From: Vicugna vicugna
Lineage: Eukaryota
DNA length: 64,000 nt
Assembly (NCBI GenBank): GCA_013265495.1
Contig: MU058781.1
Location: 3,721,050-3,785,049, forward strand
Direction of reading: 5' to 3'
The notes under the pieces are model-generated. The model did no database searches. It was given only the letters and a program-made list of their open reading frames with translations, and was not told the origin of the DNA. Both the position numbers and the translations under genes were made by a program. This document shows positions 26,821 through 40,500 of this stretch, one piece after another (position 1 is the first letter of the stretch; every line of letters starts with the position of its first letter).

Positions 26821-29800
26821 TTAAACATCTTAACAACTCTTCCTGAAAATCTTACTCATCTGCCAAATCATCCACAAAAAAATCAAAAGGTCCAGGACTA
26901 ACAGACCATGTCTCTTTATTTTGGAACCTAAGTGATTCCAGCAGTGGGCAAACAGCAAGCACTAAATATATCTGAGATAAACATGAATAGATTGGTTACA
27001 AACTGTCTGTCTGGTTCTGAAAAACTAAAATATGATTTCAAGTAATATATTAATTACAACAAAGCTATACAACCTGAATTTTACATTGAAAGATTATGGG
27101 CATCTTCAAAACATTATTAAAATGGAATTTTCTCTCTGAATTTTTAATTAAGCTAATATTAAGTATAAGAAGTGGTACATTTGAGAATAATATACTTCTA
27201 AAATCTCTTTTATGTGATTCAAATATACCTTAAACCAATTCTTCTTTCTTAGACTAACGTTAAAATTCATTTGAATACAGAAAAAAAAAAGGCTGAGAGA
27301 ATATACCCCGAAATGTCAACGTAGTTTAGTATGGGTATCAGGACTGCAGACGCTTTTAAAAATAGCTATGCTTTTTTCTATTTCATAGTATTTGTTTGAT
27401 TTTCCCTTTTGCAGTAAGAATATACTACCTTACAACTGGAAAAAAAGGTTCTTTAAAAAGTCCATATGCATTTGCTGGGTATTAAATAACGGATGGAGTA
27501 AAGGTGATGTGGGATTTCAACTACCCTGAAAACAGATAACCAACTCAAGAATAATTTAAGAAACATGATGACTATATATCTCTAGGGTACTTTTCCCACA
27601 TTCACTGGATATTCTGTTAAATGACATTTTCTTCACCACCAAAAATGCAGCTCCCAATCTTCTTTGGTGGTTTCGAAACATAGATAAAAAAGTATTCAAA
27701 ATCCAAGACTCATTTTGTTCATTCCATAAACACCAAACACCTGTACTCCATACAAGGTGCAGAACTGGGGACGCGCAGAAGAAAAGACGTCGTCCCCACC
27801 TACCTCCTTGCAGTCAGCGTATGTACCCGGCACCCATTTGGTGCCTGGCAGCGTTCTACGCGCTGAGGATACAGTAGCAGACAAAATGGACCCAAAGTCC
27901 CTTCTACTTCTCTTCATGTGAGTCGTCTCTCATTGCTACCTCCTACCTGGCATCTCCAACAACTCCATCTCAGAAATCCCACATCTCTTCTTAAACCTCA
28001 CAAGAAACAGCAACATACAAAATTCTCCGTTTTGTCTGCTTTTATCAGCTTTTTACTGATTTCATTTCTTCCTTACCCAGCCTGAACTGAAACTGTCCGT
28101 TTAAACATTCCCTCACCAGTAACCTCAGCTACAGCTGTTCTTCCAACTGACCTATCACTTCCCACCCTGCATCAATCATACAATTCAACTTTCCTCCCTA
28201 ACCAGCTAATCAGCTGAGTACCGAGAGAAAAATGTTGTTATGTATATAAACTGCTGTCAAAACAAATTCATGATTTTAAATCTCATAGTTCCACCATATT
28301 TTTACTTCTTTGATCGATGAATATTTACTAAGTAACTAAGTGTGGGACAACACAGATTAAGCTGCAAAAAAGACGAAAGCCTGTGCTCTCGTGGAGCTGG
28401 CACTCTAACATTAAAGAAGACAGATCTTACATAAATAATTATGAATCTGACACAATGCTATAAAGCGGGAGGGCAAGGTGCTATGAAAGCAGGTAACAGA
28501 GGCGTCTAACCTAGTTTGGAGGTGGAAAGGTTGTCAAGACAGGCTTCTGTTCTAATCAATTCTGTATTCCAGCCCACATTCCTAATTTATATTTAACCCC
28601 TCAACTCCACCCCCTTAGCAAAGGAACTAGCCTCTTCAACTTTTCTTTGGATTCCCTATGATTCCCTCTCCTCAGTGTACACATATGACCAAGTGTCTCC
28701 CACCCAAACAGAAGCTGGACTTATCTTTCTAGAAAGTAATCTGGCCACTGCATCATGCATCTTAAAAATATGCATACTCTCCCTATCAGTGCAATAATTC
28801 TACTTCAAGAAATCTTTCCCAAAGAAATAAAGGTAAATTTAAAGCATAAAAATTATTTGAAATAGTGAAAAGAGTTAGAAGCAACTTAAATAACAACCGG
28901 AGAATAGTTACAGATGTGCCTTAATACGCGCACAATAGACTATATGCTGCAGCAACAAAGCCAAAAGAAGAGAAATGGTCAGAGCTCTTAATCTTACAGT
29001 CAAATGCTTATACCTGTAACTATGTTAAGGAATACATAGTAATAAATACGGGTAAGTAAATCAATAATAAAGGCAGAATGTACAAATGTGTAAGGAGAGT
29101 ACTGCTGTGCAATAAAAAGGTGTATATATAAACACTGCAAGGAAGCAAGCTGAATTATTAACAGCAATATACAAGATGATAATTTTCTTCCTCACAGTTT
29201 TCTGAATGGATGGAGAACGACTGCTTTCCACAAGAACAGTGCAGCTGGGCCGTGCACTGGCTCCATCACCTCCATTCCTTCCCTCTGACTCTGACACACT
29301 GCACCCGCTTCTGTCCCAACTTTAAGGAAACAACAACCTCCAAAGTGACAAGCCAGCCGACTCTTCAATTCCCTTTTTAATTGACATCCTTGCTTCTAAC
29401 ACACAATACTACCTAGGATCTCCCTCCTAACCCTGACCACTCCTCCTCAGAATCTTCAACTAGATTCCCCTCTCCTGTATATCTTACAAATAGGGTGTTT
29501 CAGATGTCCATCCTAGGCGCTCTTCTTTTTTTACATCACATACTTGGGGGATCACATCAATCCTCAACGCTTCAACAACTTATATTCTGATTGACTCCAA
29601 AATCCACCTACAGCTTTTCTTTCTCCTAAACTTCATTTAATTCTTTCAACAGCTACCCTCACCCTCCCATCTTAATCAAGTTTTTTTTTCTTTAAAGTCC
29701 TAAATAGCTAGCCATTCCATCTACTTTCCTCACTAACTCTACCACACAGATTAAGCCAACTTAAAATCATAATTGCCCAACTGGTCCTCATGTGTCTCTC

Positions 29801-30124
29801 AAGACCTCTCTTTTCTGCATTACCATCAGAGTAACCCCCCTAAAATGCAAATCCAGTGGTTATCATTCCCTTTTAAAACTGGCACCTAGAAGATAAAGAT
29901 AATACACCAGAAGTCCTTCATGGTCATCCCTAGACACACTCCTACCACAGAACTCGGGGCTGCTCCTTCTCCACCAGCAGCAGCATCAAGTGTGTGCCAA
30001 GCACTCTAATGAGTGCTTTAAATGAATCATTGAATCTAATCCATTTTACAGAAAAGGAAACAAAGAGTCTGTCAGAAAGTATAAGGCCACAGAACTAGTA
30101 AGTGACAGAGCCCATATTCAAATC

Positions 30125-30191
30125 TTTTTTTTAAACTTTTTTTTTAAACTGAAGTATAGTTGACTTACAACGTTGTATTAGTTTCTGGTGT
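30125..30191 (-). mobile_element. Very short young L1 3' end inserted in a MIR remnant
   Basis: polyT then GAAGTATAGTTGACTTACAACGTTGTATTAGTTTCTGGTGT, the same tail family as 34525-34790 and 51775-51990. Confidence 0.7.
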
Positions 30192-33100
30192 CCATCTTTC
30201 TAATTCCAAGGTACTTCACTGCATTTCTCAGCAAAAGTAATTAAATCAGCTTCTCAAACAGCTATTCATCTTTTAAAATTCTGTTCATAGAGAATCTCTG
30301 GAGGATTCCTAGGAAATTAGCTCCAGGAGGGTAAGTGGGTGGTTGAAGAACAAGGAAGTAAGAGAGACTTATATTTAACTTCCTTTCTCTTCCATAACTG
30401 TGTGCAAGCTTTCTAGAGGCTTCCCTGATTGCCACCCCATCTTCCAACAGAGTTGGTCACCCCACCTCCATGCTTCTTCTCTACTTCGTTCATACAGCTA
30501 TTAATACATCTATTTTGTCCTATATTTCATTATTTATTGACATGTTCCTTTCTCTTCTTACCTACAAACTTCTGGAGGGCAAGGATCCTGTCTCTGCCAT
30601 CCCATTCTTGTAAATCCTAGGTTCCTAGCACAGTATCTGGTACATAACAGGTATCCAACAAACTAAACTACCTCTTCCCCATTTCCATTTTTTTAAATCT
30701 CTATCACACTTCACCACCAGGCATCCCCAGCCTCACAGCCTAACTCCCATCTCCAACCATCTTTCACCCCGCCAGCACACGCTGTATACTCCCCCAACCC
30801 ACCCACTACTGCTTTTCTAAAACAGATACCGTATCACTGCCTTACTCAAAAAGACTGAAGGCTCCCTACTACCTGCAGAGTATTCCCCCTTGGAACTGTT
30901 ATCAAGGCTTTCTAATATCAGATTTTAATTCCGTTACTCCTGCAAACTCTTCACTATTAGCTCTCAAGTCTCCAACAATATTGAGCCATATACCTCAGCC
31001 AATGACACCGCACAGTTCCATTCCTCCCATGAGACTAGACCAATTATCAGTCTGGAGTATTTTTCCCCAACAAAGTGTCTCAAATTCTCACTCATTTCCT
31101 AAAGCCTATCAAATACTACTTCCTCTATAAATCTGTTTCTTTCAGCTAAAATTAATCATCACCTCCTCAGTTCTCCCATATACTCTTTAAGCACTTGGCA
31201 TATTACGTCTTAACCTACAGTTATTTGCATATGTCTGCTCCCCACCCTGCCTCACTGTACCCTCCAAGTACTGAGTTCAATACTCCTTGAGAACAAGAAC
31301 CCACATTCAGTTCACTCAATGCCATTTCCTGAGTTTCTACTAAGTGTCAGGTCCTTCATAGAAACTATGGATAAGACAAAGATAGATAAAATAATTTATT
31401 TATACTCAGCTTCTAACAATGCTTGATATACCATACATGTTCGATATATATTTGTTGATAAATAAATACATTGCTTATTTGATGTCTTTGTTCACGTTTT
31501 CCATCTGTTTCAATATGCTGCTTATTGCCAACAGAAACTAGAAGAAAAGACCTTTAAAAGCCTTACAAAGCTACATGGGAAGAAAGGCCTTTATTTCTTT
31601 TTCACTCCCCCAAGAAATAATCCAGAAAGTCAGGAAGCACAGAAGGAACATTCTGAAGGCTGAATTCTATTATCAGCAGAATTTAGGAACAGAACAGAGA
31701 GACCAGATTACTTGCTGGTTTCTCCTGAATCACACTGGCAGAGTGGCATTGATATTTTGTTTGAAGAGCTAAAAATATCACACACATAACAGATTTCAAT
31801 TCTAAAAATTTCCAAATAAAAAATTAATTATCTCTCACATTTATAATTAACTGTATCTCCACTGCCTCTATTAGTATGCATTATTTAAAACCTGAATGAA
31901 ATTCCTGAACTGAAAGTACATTTGTGAGACAGTCTAAGAAATTCGTCCTGACAGTCCACAAGGATTAGCAAGAACACAAAGTAAACATATATCTTTTAAA
32001 TGTCTCCTTAAATAAATATTTTTACACAGATAAAGTGATAAAATTTTTGCTCGCAAAACGTGATTTTTAAATTAATCAAAAATTTAGACAGGTTATTCTG
32101 TCCTAACAAATTAAGCTTAATTTGCTGAATATACACAAAAAGTATGTTTAGTATAAATGAAAATCCAAGGCAGAAAACAAAATATATTTATTTGTTTCAC
32201 TCAATAAAAGGAATTTCCTTCAAGTCTTACTTCTTAGGCAATGAAGAAATACAAGTAACAATCATCACACTGACGGTCCCTAATTTTCTAAGGCAGGCCT
32301 AGAAAACGTGCATTTCACAAATAAACTGAGAAGCGTTTCTTACCCAGCGCTTGCCATTTCATGAGAAAACTTGATGCAATGACAATTTCTCTTAAGAAAA
32401 CTGACATCTTGGATCCAAATCATATATTTACCTGTCCTAATCTTAGATAAACATACTGCTTAAAAGAAAATTCTATTTTAAATTAGGTATAATAAACTCT
32501 CAGATGAGCGTATATTACTGCAAACAAAAGGTGATTAACAGCTGCTCTTTCTGGTCAAGTCTTTACAACGATGTTAGGATTTTAGGAAGGAATTTTTTTA
32601 TCTCTTGATACAGTTCAATACATCTCCAGGGAGACAATATTTGGCCAAAATTAGCAAAATGACTTGCTTTCCTTCCACAAATGAATCGTTTCTTCTCGCC
32701 TTCCAAAAGCATTGGGATTGGGCCTAAAACTGTGTTCAAAAAGTTTACCAGAGATAAATAAAATCTGACCAAAGAAACACAACAGTTTTCTCCAAGAATA
32801 TATATGAGGTAGGTACTGATTCTCATCATTCACTTGTTCATTCATATGAATGTCAGCTGAAAATTAAGTACTGGAGTTACCAGAAATATAAAATAGCCCA
32901 TTACCCTGGACTCTGCAGAGTTACATCCCTCAAAAAGCAGACAGTTAAAGCAGTATAGACATCACAATTACAGTCTGCCCAAAAGGCAAAGGAAGCATAA
33001 TAAAGGCACAACTCTATTTTGGGGAGGAGAGAGTGCCACCCAAAAAAGTACCTTTTAGGACCTGAAGAGTAATTAGTTAAGTTTGGTAAGTAGGGAAAAG

Positions 33101-33417
33101 GACTAGAGAAGGTGAATATAAGGAGGAAGGGAAGAACCTGTATCAAAATTGGAAACATGAGCCAGCAAGTACCATCGGAGACCCATGGATAGTACCTTAC
33201 GGGATAACACAGCTGCCATCTACCCACTGCATCTCCACAGATACCAGGGCTGCTTAGAAAAAGGTCCTTGGGAATATTCTTTAAACTGAGCCCCTCCTTA
33301 AAGCCATGTTCCCTTGCCAGGTTTATGAACTAACCTCTCTATCCAAAACTTTATTTCCTCTTCTTGTCCCACCCCTATTCCCCTCAGAATAGAGGAGTAT
33401 CAAAGAAAAGGGGGGAT

Positions 33418-34072
33418 TAAAACCAAGCAGGACCTTGCGGGACCTTATTGGATATAAAAGCCCCTGTGTCCCTCGTTTCTTTCTGTAGGCCTTCCCTGAG
33501 CTCCAAAGAGCAGACTAAAGCATTTACTAATTAGGAAAGTTCAAGAATGCAAAAAAGAAAGTGAGAGAATGCAGACACAAGGGAAAAGCAGTCAAGCAAG
33601 AAAAGTAATGATAGCTTTAAAGAATAGTTCAAAAACAAAACAGAGCCCTAGTTCCTCCTCAAGGGACATACATAACTTGATGCATATCTTTGAGTTGTTC
33701 TGTAGAAACTAAGACCCACCTGTCCAAAGTGGAGGATGGTGACTACATGCTGACCACAAGAACGTAGATTCCAGTTCGGAACCAGAAGGTTGATGACTAA
33801 GAGTCCCAAAACATCACCCTGTTACCTCACTACAACCAATCAAAAGAAAGTCCACATGCTAATCACACACCCTGCGCACCCTCACCCCTTTTACCTTTAA
33901 AAACCCTTCGCTGAAAGCCATCAGGGAGTTCGGGTCTTTTGTACGTGAGCTGCCCATCCTCTCTGCTTGGTGCCCTGCAATAAACACTGTACTTTCCTTC
34001 ACCATAGCCCCAGATCAGTAGACTGGCTTTGCTGGATGCTGGGCAAGTGGACCCCAGTTTGGTTAGGTAGCA
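33418..34072 (+). mobile_element. Solo ERV1 LTR, MER41-like
   Basis: Starts ..AACCAAGCAGGACC; CCAAT at 33836, TTTAAAAA at about 33896, AATAAA at 33979; ends GACCCCAGTTTGGTTAGGTAGCA. Confidence 0.75.
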
Positions 34073-34469
34073 TTTCCTAACCTGAAAAGTTTGTTCCATC
34101 CCTGTCCTTTGGGGTCCCTTTATGTTGATTCAACACTGTTTAACATCCTACTTTCTATTTTTTGGTCTTGTTTCTCCAAGCCTAAACTGGCAGAGAAGTG
34201 GAAATGGAGATTAACAGGATGCCCCAGTTAGAGCTTCCACAGCTCAGAAAAGAGATGAGGTATAAAGACCTTAAATTTAATCAGGGTGAACAACAAAATG
34301 AGAACTGCCTTAAGAAACTTTCTGTTCAATGGAGCTGTCAACTCAGGATTTTTTAGTATATCTATTAAGTCATTTCTTAACCACTTTCACAGTTGCTGGC
34401 AACTTTAAAATCAAAATAAAGCAATTATTGAGTTTGTTCAAAAAAAACCAAAACAAAACAGGACAAACA

Positions 34470-35294
34470 AGAATTAAGGCTTCTTCAGCATTAGTCATTA
34501 GGGAAAAGTAAATAAAAACCACAACAAATCTTATGGTTACCAGGAAAGAGGGTGGGAATAGATAAATTTGGGAGTTTGAGATTTGCAAATGTTGGCCACT
34601 ATATATAAAAATACATTTTGAAAGTAAGTTTCTTTTGTATAGCACAGGGAACTATGTTCATTATCCTGTAATAACCTTAAGAGGGAAAAAAACATGAAAA
34701 CGAATGTATATATGTATATGCATGACTGGGACATTGTGCTGTACACCAGAAATTGACACATTGTAATTGACTATACTTCAATTAAAAAAAAAACCCACAA
34801 GAAGAAACCACCGGATACCCAACAAGGGCTGCAACTTAAAAAAAACAACAAACCCCCCTGACAATACCAAGCTCCACTGAGGAGGCAGAGCCGCCGGAAC
34901 CCTCATATACTGCTGGTGGGAATGCAAACTCGTACAGCCACTTCGCAAAACAATGTGGCGGTTTCTTATAAAGTTAAAAACACACTTAACAAACGATCCA
35001 GCAATCCCATTCCTATGTATTTACCCAAGTTAAATGAAAATTCATGTTTACACAAAACCCTGTACATAAATGTTTATAGTGGCTATATTCTTAATTGCCA
35101 AAAACTGGAAACAATCCTGAGGTCCTTCAACTGAAGAGTGAATAAGCAAACTATGGTCGGTTCATCCATACAATCAGCAATAGCAAGGACTAATCTACCA
35201 ATACGTACAACAACAGGGATGAACCTCAAATGTGTTACACTAAGCGAAAGATGCCAGACTTAAAAGGCTACATAATATCATACATATACATACC

Positions 35295-35326
<32 letters not shown>

Positions 35327-35590
35327 CTATATATGATTCCATTATATACCACCCTAGAAATGGCAAAACTATAAAGAAAGAAAACCAACCAGTGGTTGCC
35401 AGGCCCTGGAGATGGGATAGGGTTGTCTAAAGAGGGGTATGGAGGAATTTTGGGGGTGATGGAACTGTCTTACATATTGATTGTGAGGATGGTTATATGA
35501 CTGTACACATCTGTCAAAACTCACAGGCCTGCACGCTAAAAATAGTAAGTTTTATTATATGTAAAATATAGCCAATTTCAAAAATGAAGG
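34470..35590 (+). mobile_element. Old L1M 3' region, host of the nested L1 and a (TACA)/(CA)n tract at about 35281-35327
   Basis: CATTAGTCATTAGGGAAA; CTGCTGGTGGGAATGCAAA; GGGGTGATGGAACTGTC; CTGTCAAAACTCA. Confidence 0.8.
34525..34790 (+). mobile_element. Young 5'-truncated L1 3' end nested in an older L1
   Basis: GTATAGCACAGGGAACTAT...GTACACCAGAAATTGACACATTGTAATTGACTATACTTCAAT-polyA; TSD about AAAAA(C)CCACAA. Confidence 0.85.
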
Positions 35591-37424
35591 AAAAAAATAA
35601 TGAGGGATCCTGGTAACAGATGAGACTGAAAAAGGCATCAGTCACATCACTAAGGACCCTGCTAAGAAGTTTTAGATTTTATCCAATAGATACGGCCAAA
35701 TGATCTCAAGAAAGGGACAGACACAATTCAATTCTGTATTAAAAGAAGATGGACAACAGTTAGAGACTGGACTGACAGCAAAACAGGGAGCAACTGGGAG
35801 ACCAATGAACCAACCATGTCAGTAATTTAGGGGACAAGTTACCAAGACCTGACTAAGGCAGAAACTGTAGAAATGGACAGCGAAAGTTAAAGGCAGGAAA
35901 TTCTCAAGTTTCTAGCAACAGTGAAACCATTAAGTAAGCTAGGGTTGAGAAAAAAGATTTTAAACAAGCTAAATGTAAATGCCTGTGAGACATTCAAATG
36001 CAAACATTTGGTTAGATATCCTGGTCTAGAGCTCAAGGGAATAACCTGACGCAGCTTTAGCTTTGAGACTGGTCAGCGTATTTCAGCCATGAAAACATAA
36101 GGTCAAGTGCATGTAAAGACAGAACATGCAGAGTGAAAGGTAAAGAGAACCCTGGGAATTACCCTGAGCAACTCTAGCAGTGTGCGGGTGATGATATAAT
36201 TTGAAGTATAAAAAGAATTGGCTTACTGAGTAGGCAGCAGTTGAGTTAGAAATGGTTACAATCATGTCTATTTCAGTCTGGGGTCTCTCAACCACTTTAC
36301 CCTTGGCTTCTCTGGTTTTATCTTTGGCTCGATCGCCCTGGGAAAACTAAGGTAGTTCAATAAAAAGTTATCGCTGAATCTAAGGTTTCACTTTGTACCT
36401 TCCATATTGCTGATGTTGAAAATATTCAGCAAATAAAGTAAGAGGAATAATCTATTGAATACACTTATTTTGTCAATTAAACATAGAAGAAGCACTAAAA
36501 GGGGTGAAATGACTCACTTCAATACAGGTCAACTTACTCACACAGCCCAATGACTTCATCTTGGTAGCTGGTCAAATGACCCTACAAATGCTTTACAGGA
36601 TCTCTGATACCAAAATGAAGTTATTTAGCAATTACCATAAGATAGATCCAATGATTCTAGGTAATTAGTTCTCAATTAGAAACAGGCACTGAAACTCCCT
36701 GTGGAGCTTTCTCACAATGCCTATCTTGCCCAAGCTCTTACTCTGAAAATACTGATTAAGGAACTTTCGGGGTAAGACCCAAAGTATTGTATTTTTACTA
36801 GTCTGACGTGTGTGTACATAATGATTATTTCAGATTCTGAGGTACACACACACACACACCACCAATCCCAAGTTGAAAAGCAATGATATAAAAGGGGGTT
36901 CCAGCATCTACATGGAGTTTTCATTTCTAAGGTTCTAAAGCACACCCTCATCTCTGAGAATTGCCTCCAACTGGGAGTGTACATACATTTCCCTGATCTA
37001 AGTCTAAAATTCTGAGCCCCCAGCCTGTAAAATACCTATGAACAAATCACCTTTTGGTTTTCGTTAACTACCTTTGAGAAGATTTAGCTCCTCAGCAGAA
37101 TTCAAAAATGATGGTGAAAACGGCAACATTAGAAAAGCATGGAAAATGGGTCGTTATCTGTTAATTGTTTTATTCCAATTCTCCGTTTTAATGACAAATC
37201 TTAACAGAAAAACTTGGTAATTTCACCAACTCAAGCTTAACTTCCACAAGCTTTTAAGCAGAACCAGATCCAACCTGGTATACTGGAATATTCAGATTTG
37301 ACTTCTCCAATTACTGAAATTTCCAAAAAGTTCCAATTTTCCAATTACATCATGAATGGTTATAAATCAAAACAAAATAATTATCTGTAAGTAAATGATT
37401 TTTCCCACCAAAATTTACACTTAC

Positions 37425-37536
37425 CCATCTCTCCCCTTACTGACAATTTTTACTTCAAAATAATAAATCCCACAGGCTGCTGGTATTGGATGCGTGGCAC
37501 GAACTGAAGCTGCATCTTTTGGGGTTTTGCCATGAC
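37425..37536 (-). CDS. RANBP9: RANBP9 coding exon 2 ([38 protein letters not shown]), 112 nt
   Basis: Acceptor ttccttatgcag|GTCATGG and donor GATGG|GTAAGT; continues the exon-1 frame into the SPRY domain. Confidence 0.97.
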
Positions 37537-40500
37537 CTGCATAAGGAACAGGAAAGGAAAAAAAATAGAGAGAGATTCACATGAAAATCTTAACAAATAA
37601 TTCAGAAACAAATGTGGTTTTTGAATGATATATACATTTCTGCTCCCATAAACACAAATAATCAAAGAATTAATGAAACATTTATTCAAAATTAATCCAA
37701 CATGCAAAATAGCACAAGTTAGTCTTAGAACTCTTCACACTAACTAGTTTTGATGAAATTTTGGAACCTAAATATGTTGAAGCTAGCAGTCCTTTATGCA
37801 AATTAAATAAAGTATTTCAGTGTAGACTATATTTTTAAGAGAAAAAAGGCTGTTCCTGAAGAACATGATTAATCTTATTAGACCTAAATTTGCACACAAT
37901 TTATAACATTTCTAAACACTTTTTTGCCAAATGGCCTACTTTTTAAACCAGAAGCATCATGGACTATATTTTTAACTGGAATTTCATGCAATTAGATTAA
38001 ATTGGCAAAACAGCTCTCTTATGTTAAGAATTTACAATTCTGTTCTCTGACATACTCTTATTAATTCTATACAAAGGCTGATCCATAAAGTTTCTTTGGT
38101 CCATTACAGCCTACTGAGGAACATCTCTAATCTCCAGTTGTCTTTTCTTTCTTTTTGAAGAAAGGAATATAACAACATACCATTACTGACATCTTTAGGA
38201 AATCTGTTAGATAAAGGCTCTTAAACTTTTTTAATTAGCTATTCCTCAATTCTAATCCCACAGGGTATCTTCACTGGTATCAACTTCCCTGTCCATTCCA
38301 AGACACAAATTACCTTGAAAGCTAGCACATGAACAAAACCATGTGAGCAAAAGAAAATATGCCCATAAAATCACCAGAAGAATAAAGCCAGAAGCTGAAG
38401 CAGCATGTCAGGAAGTACTGAAAGTGAGCGAGACAGGCTCCATGAGCCCTGGATGAGAGCTGTATGAGAAACAACACTCTGACCATCACTCGGGTGTTAG
38501 ATACGCTTCACCCAAGACCAGCTTATGTCCTTAATCTTTCACACAGGCTGTAACATTATCTTCATGGGTAGCAGAATTCCCCTTCTCAAATATACCTTGA
38601 TGGTTTCAAAACTAAACACCTCTTTAAAGTCAAAATTTCTATCTTAGCTATATAATACCTATCACACACCAATGAGATCCTATCCTCCCTCACCATACAC
38701 TTTATCAAATTACCAATGCCTATGCTCTCACTAAAGTTAAGTTTACACTTGTGATGCAAATTAGCACATGTTCATATGGCCTAAAAGAAACTGACTGAAC
38801 TCACCCACTCTTCTATCACCATTCACAGATGCCCTAAGTAAATGTGTTATAGGCAGAACTTCTCAGCCCAGTGACCACCGAGAGGTGATAAACCTAGCTA
38901 GGAAGATTAAAGTGGAAGCAGCAATATACAGATGCCAATAAAACTGCTTTAACATATGTAGGTAGTATTTATACTGAGCTAAGCAGCAGAAAAAAATAAC
39001 CACAAATCTTCAGAATGATACACTAGTTACTTTTTAAAATCAGACATTTAATAAATTATGGTTTCAGCAAAATATTTTTTACAGTAAATTTATATTCAAA
39101 TAATTGAGCTGCCTGGGAAAAGGTCATGTAAATTAAACACATTTTTAAAATTTAGACACTTAAAAATAAATCTAGGGAAAACTCTGATTAACCCTGGAGT
39201 ACTAAATCAACTACCCTTTATTTTTGGTTTTGGGGTTTTTTTTTGGCAGAGAAGTGACCAAAATGCTTAGGGATAAGGGAATCTCAAGGTATACATAATA
39301 ATAAGTGATAACAGTTGACATAAATTTAATACCATGTGAAAGGCACCATTCTAAAAGCACTGTATTTATTAACTCATTTCACATTCAAAACAACTTACAA
39401 AGTAAGTACTATTTATCATTTCATAGTTGAGGAAGCTAAAGAAACTCGTCCCAGGTCGTACTGCTGAGTGAGAATCCCAAACCAGGATTTGTGCTGGGAT
39501 TTAAAGTCAAGAAGCCTGACCAAACGCGAGCTCTGAATCCATAGGAAGGACTGAGTTACCAGGAGCATTCTGGGATCACTTCACAGGTACTCCCATCTCC
39601 TATTCCTGCTACTTCAATGGGAAAAGAGGAAGAAAACAATTTGAGGGTAAACAGTCTCTCAAAGGTGCTTTTGTACAGATTTTTCTCATTCAGTATCTGT
39701 GAAATAGGTATTATGTAACCTCATTTTTTAAAATGGAGAAATTCTTAGAGGCTATATAACTTGCCCTAAATTGGTAGAATTATGCATTAAATCCATGCCT
39801 GAATTAAAGTACCCTACACTTTTCCATTATGCATAAATAACTGTAAAGAACTACACAATCATAAATCTTCGAGGTTCTGTTATATTCATTATGCCCTGCT
39901 AAGACACAACAGAAAAATTCTGTAAATGTTAAAAGGCTTTGTTTCATTTTTAAATTAACTTTAAAATGTAAAGACCCAGGAAAAAATTGAGGTGTAAGAT
40001 TAAAAAGACTCATATTATTTTTAGGTGAGACCAGTAATAGAGCAAAGGGCCTATTTCTAAAAATGTTCATCAGCAGGAACATTTAAGGATTATCACCTTA
40101 AATTCTGCAGTGACCAAGGTACAACCTCACACTACACCAAAGTGTAAATTTCTAAAACCAGAGTCTTCAATGTCAAGTGTTTTCTAGATGGTTCAAGAAG
40201 AAAATACATGTACTGCTTCAGAACTCCAAAGCTTTCGTATTCAAACAATCTGTTGACTGCATATAACCAAAACAGAAAGGGTTTGAATAAACCCCTCCCT
40301 CAGCCCCCTCCACTCTCCAACATCCAGCCAAGTGCATTTCTGGAAATATAAATCAGACTTCCTTGTACCACCAGCGCTCAATACAACGAATATTCTCTCT
40401 TTAAAGCCTCCCATTCAGCCTGGAAAAAGATAAACTTCCTGAAAACCTTGTTTGATCTCGCTCTCCCCTGGCACTTCCACCTCCTCCTTTCTGCTCCAGC

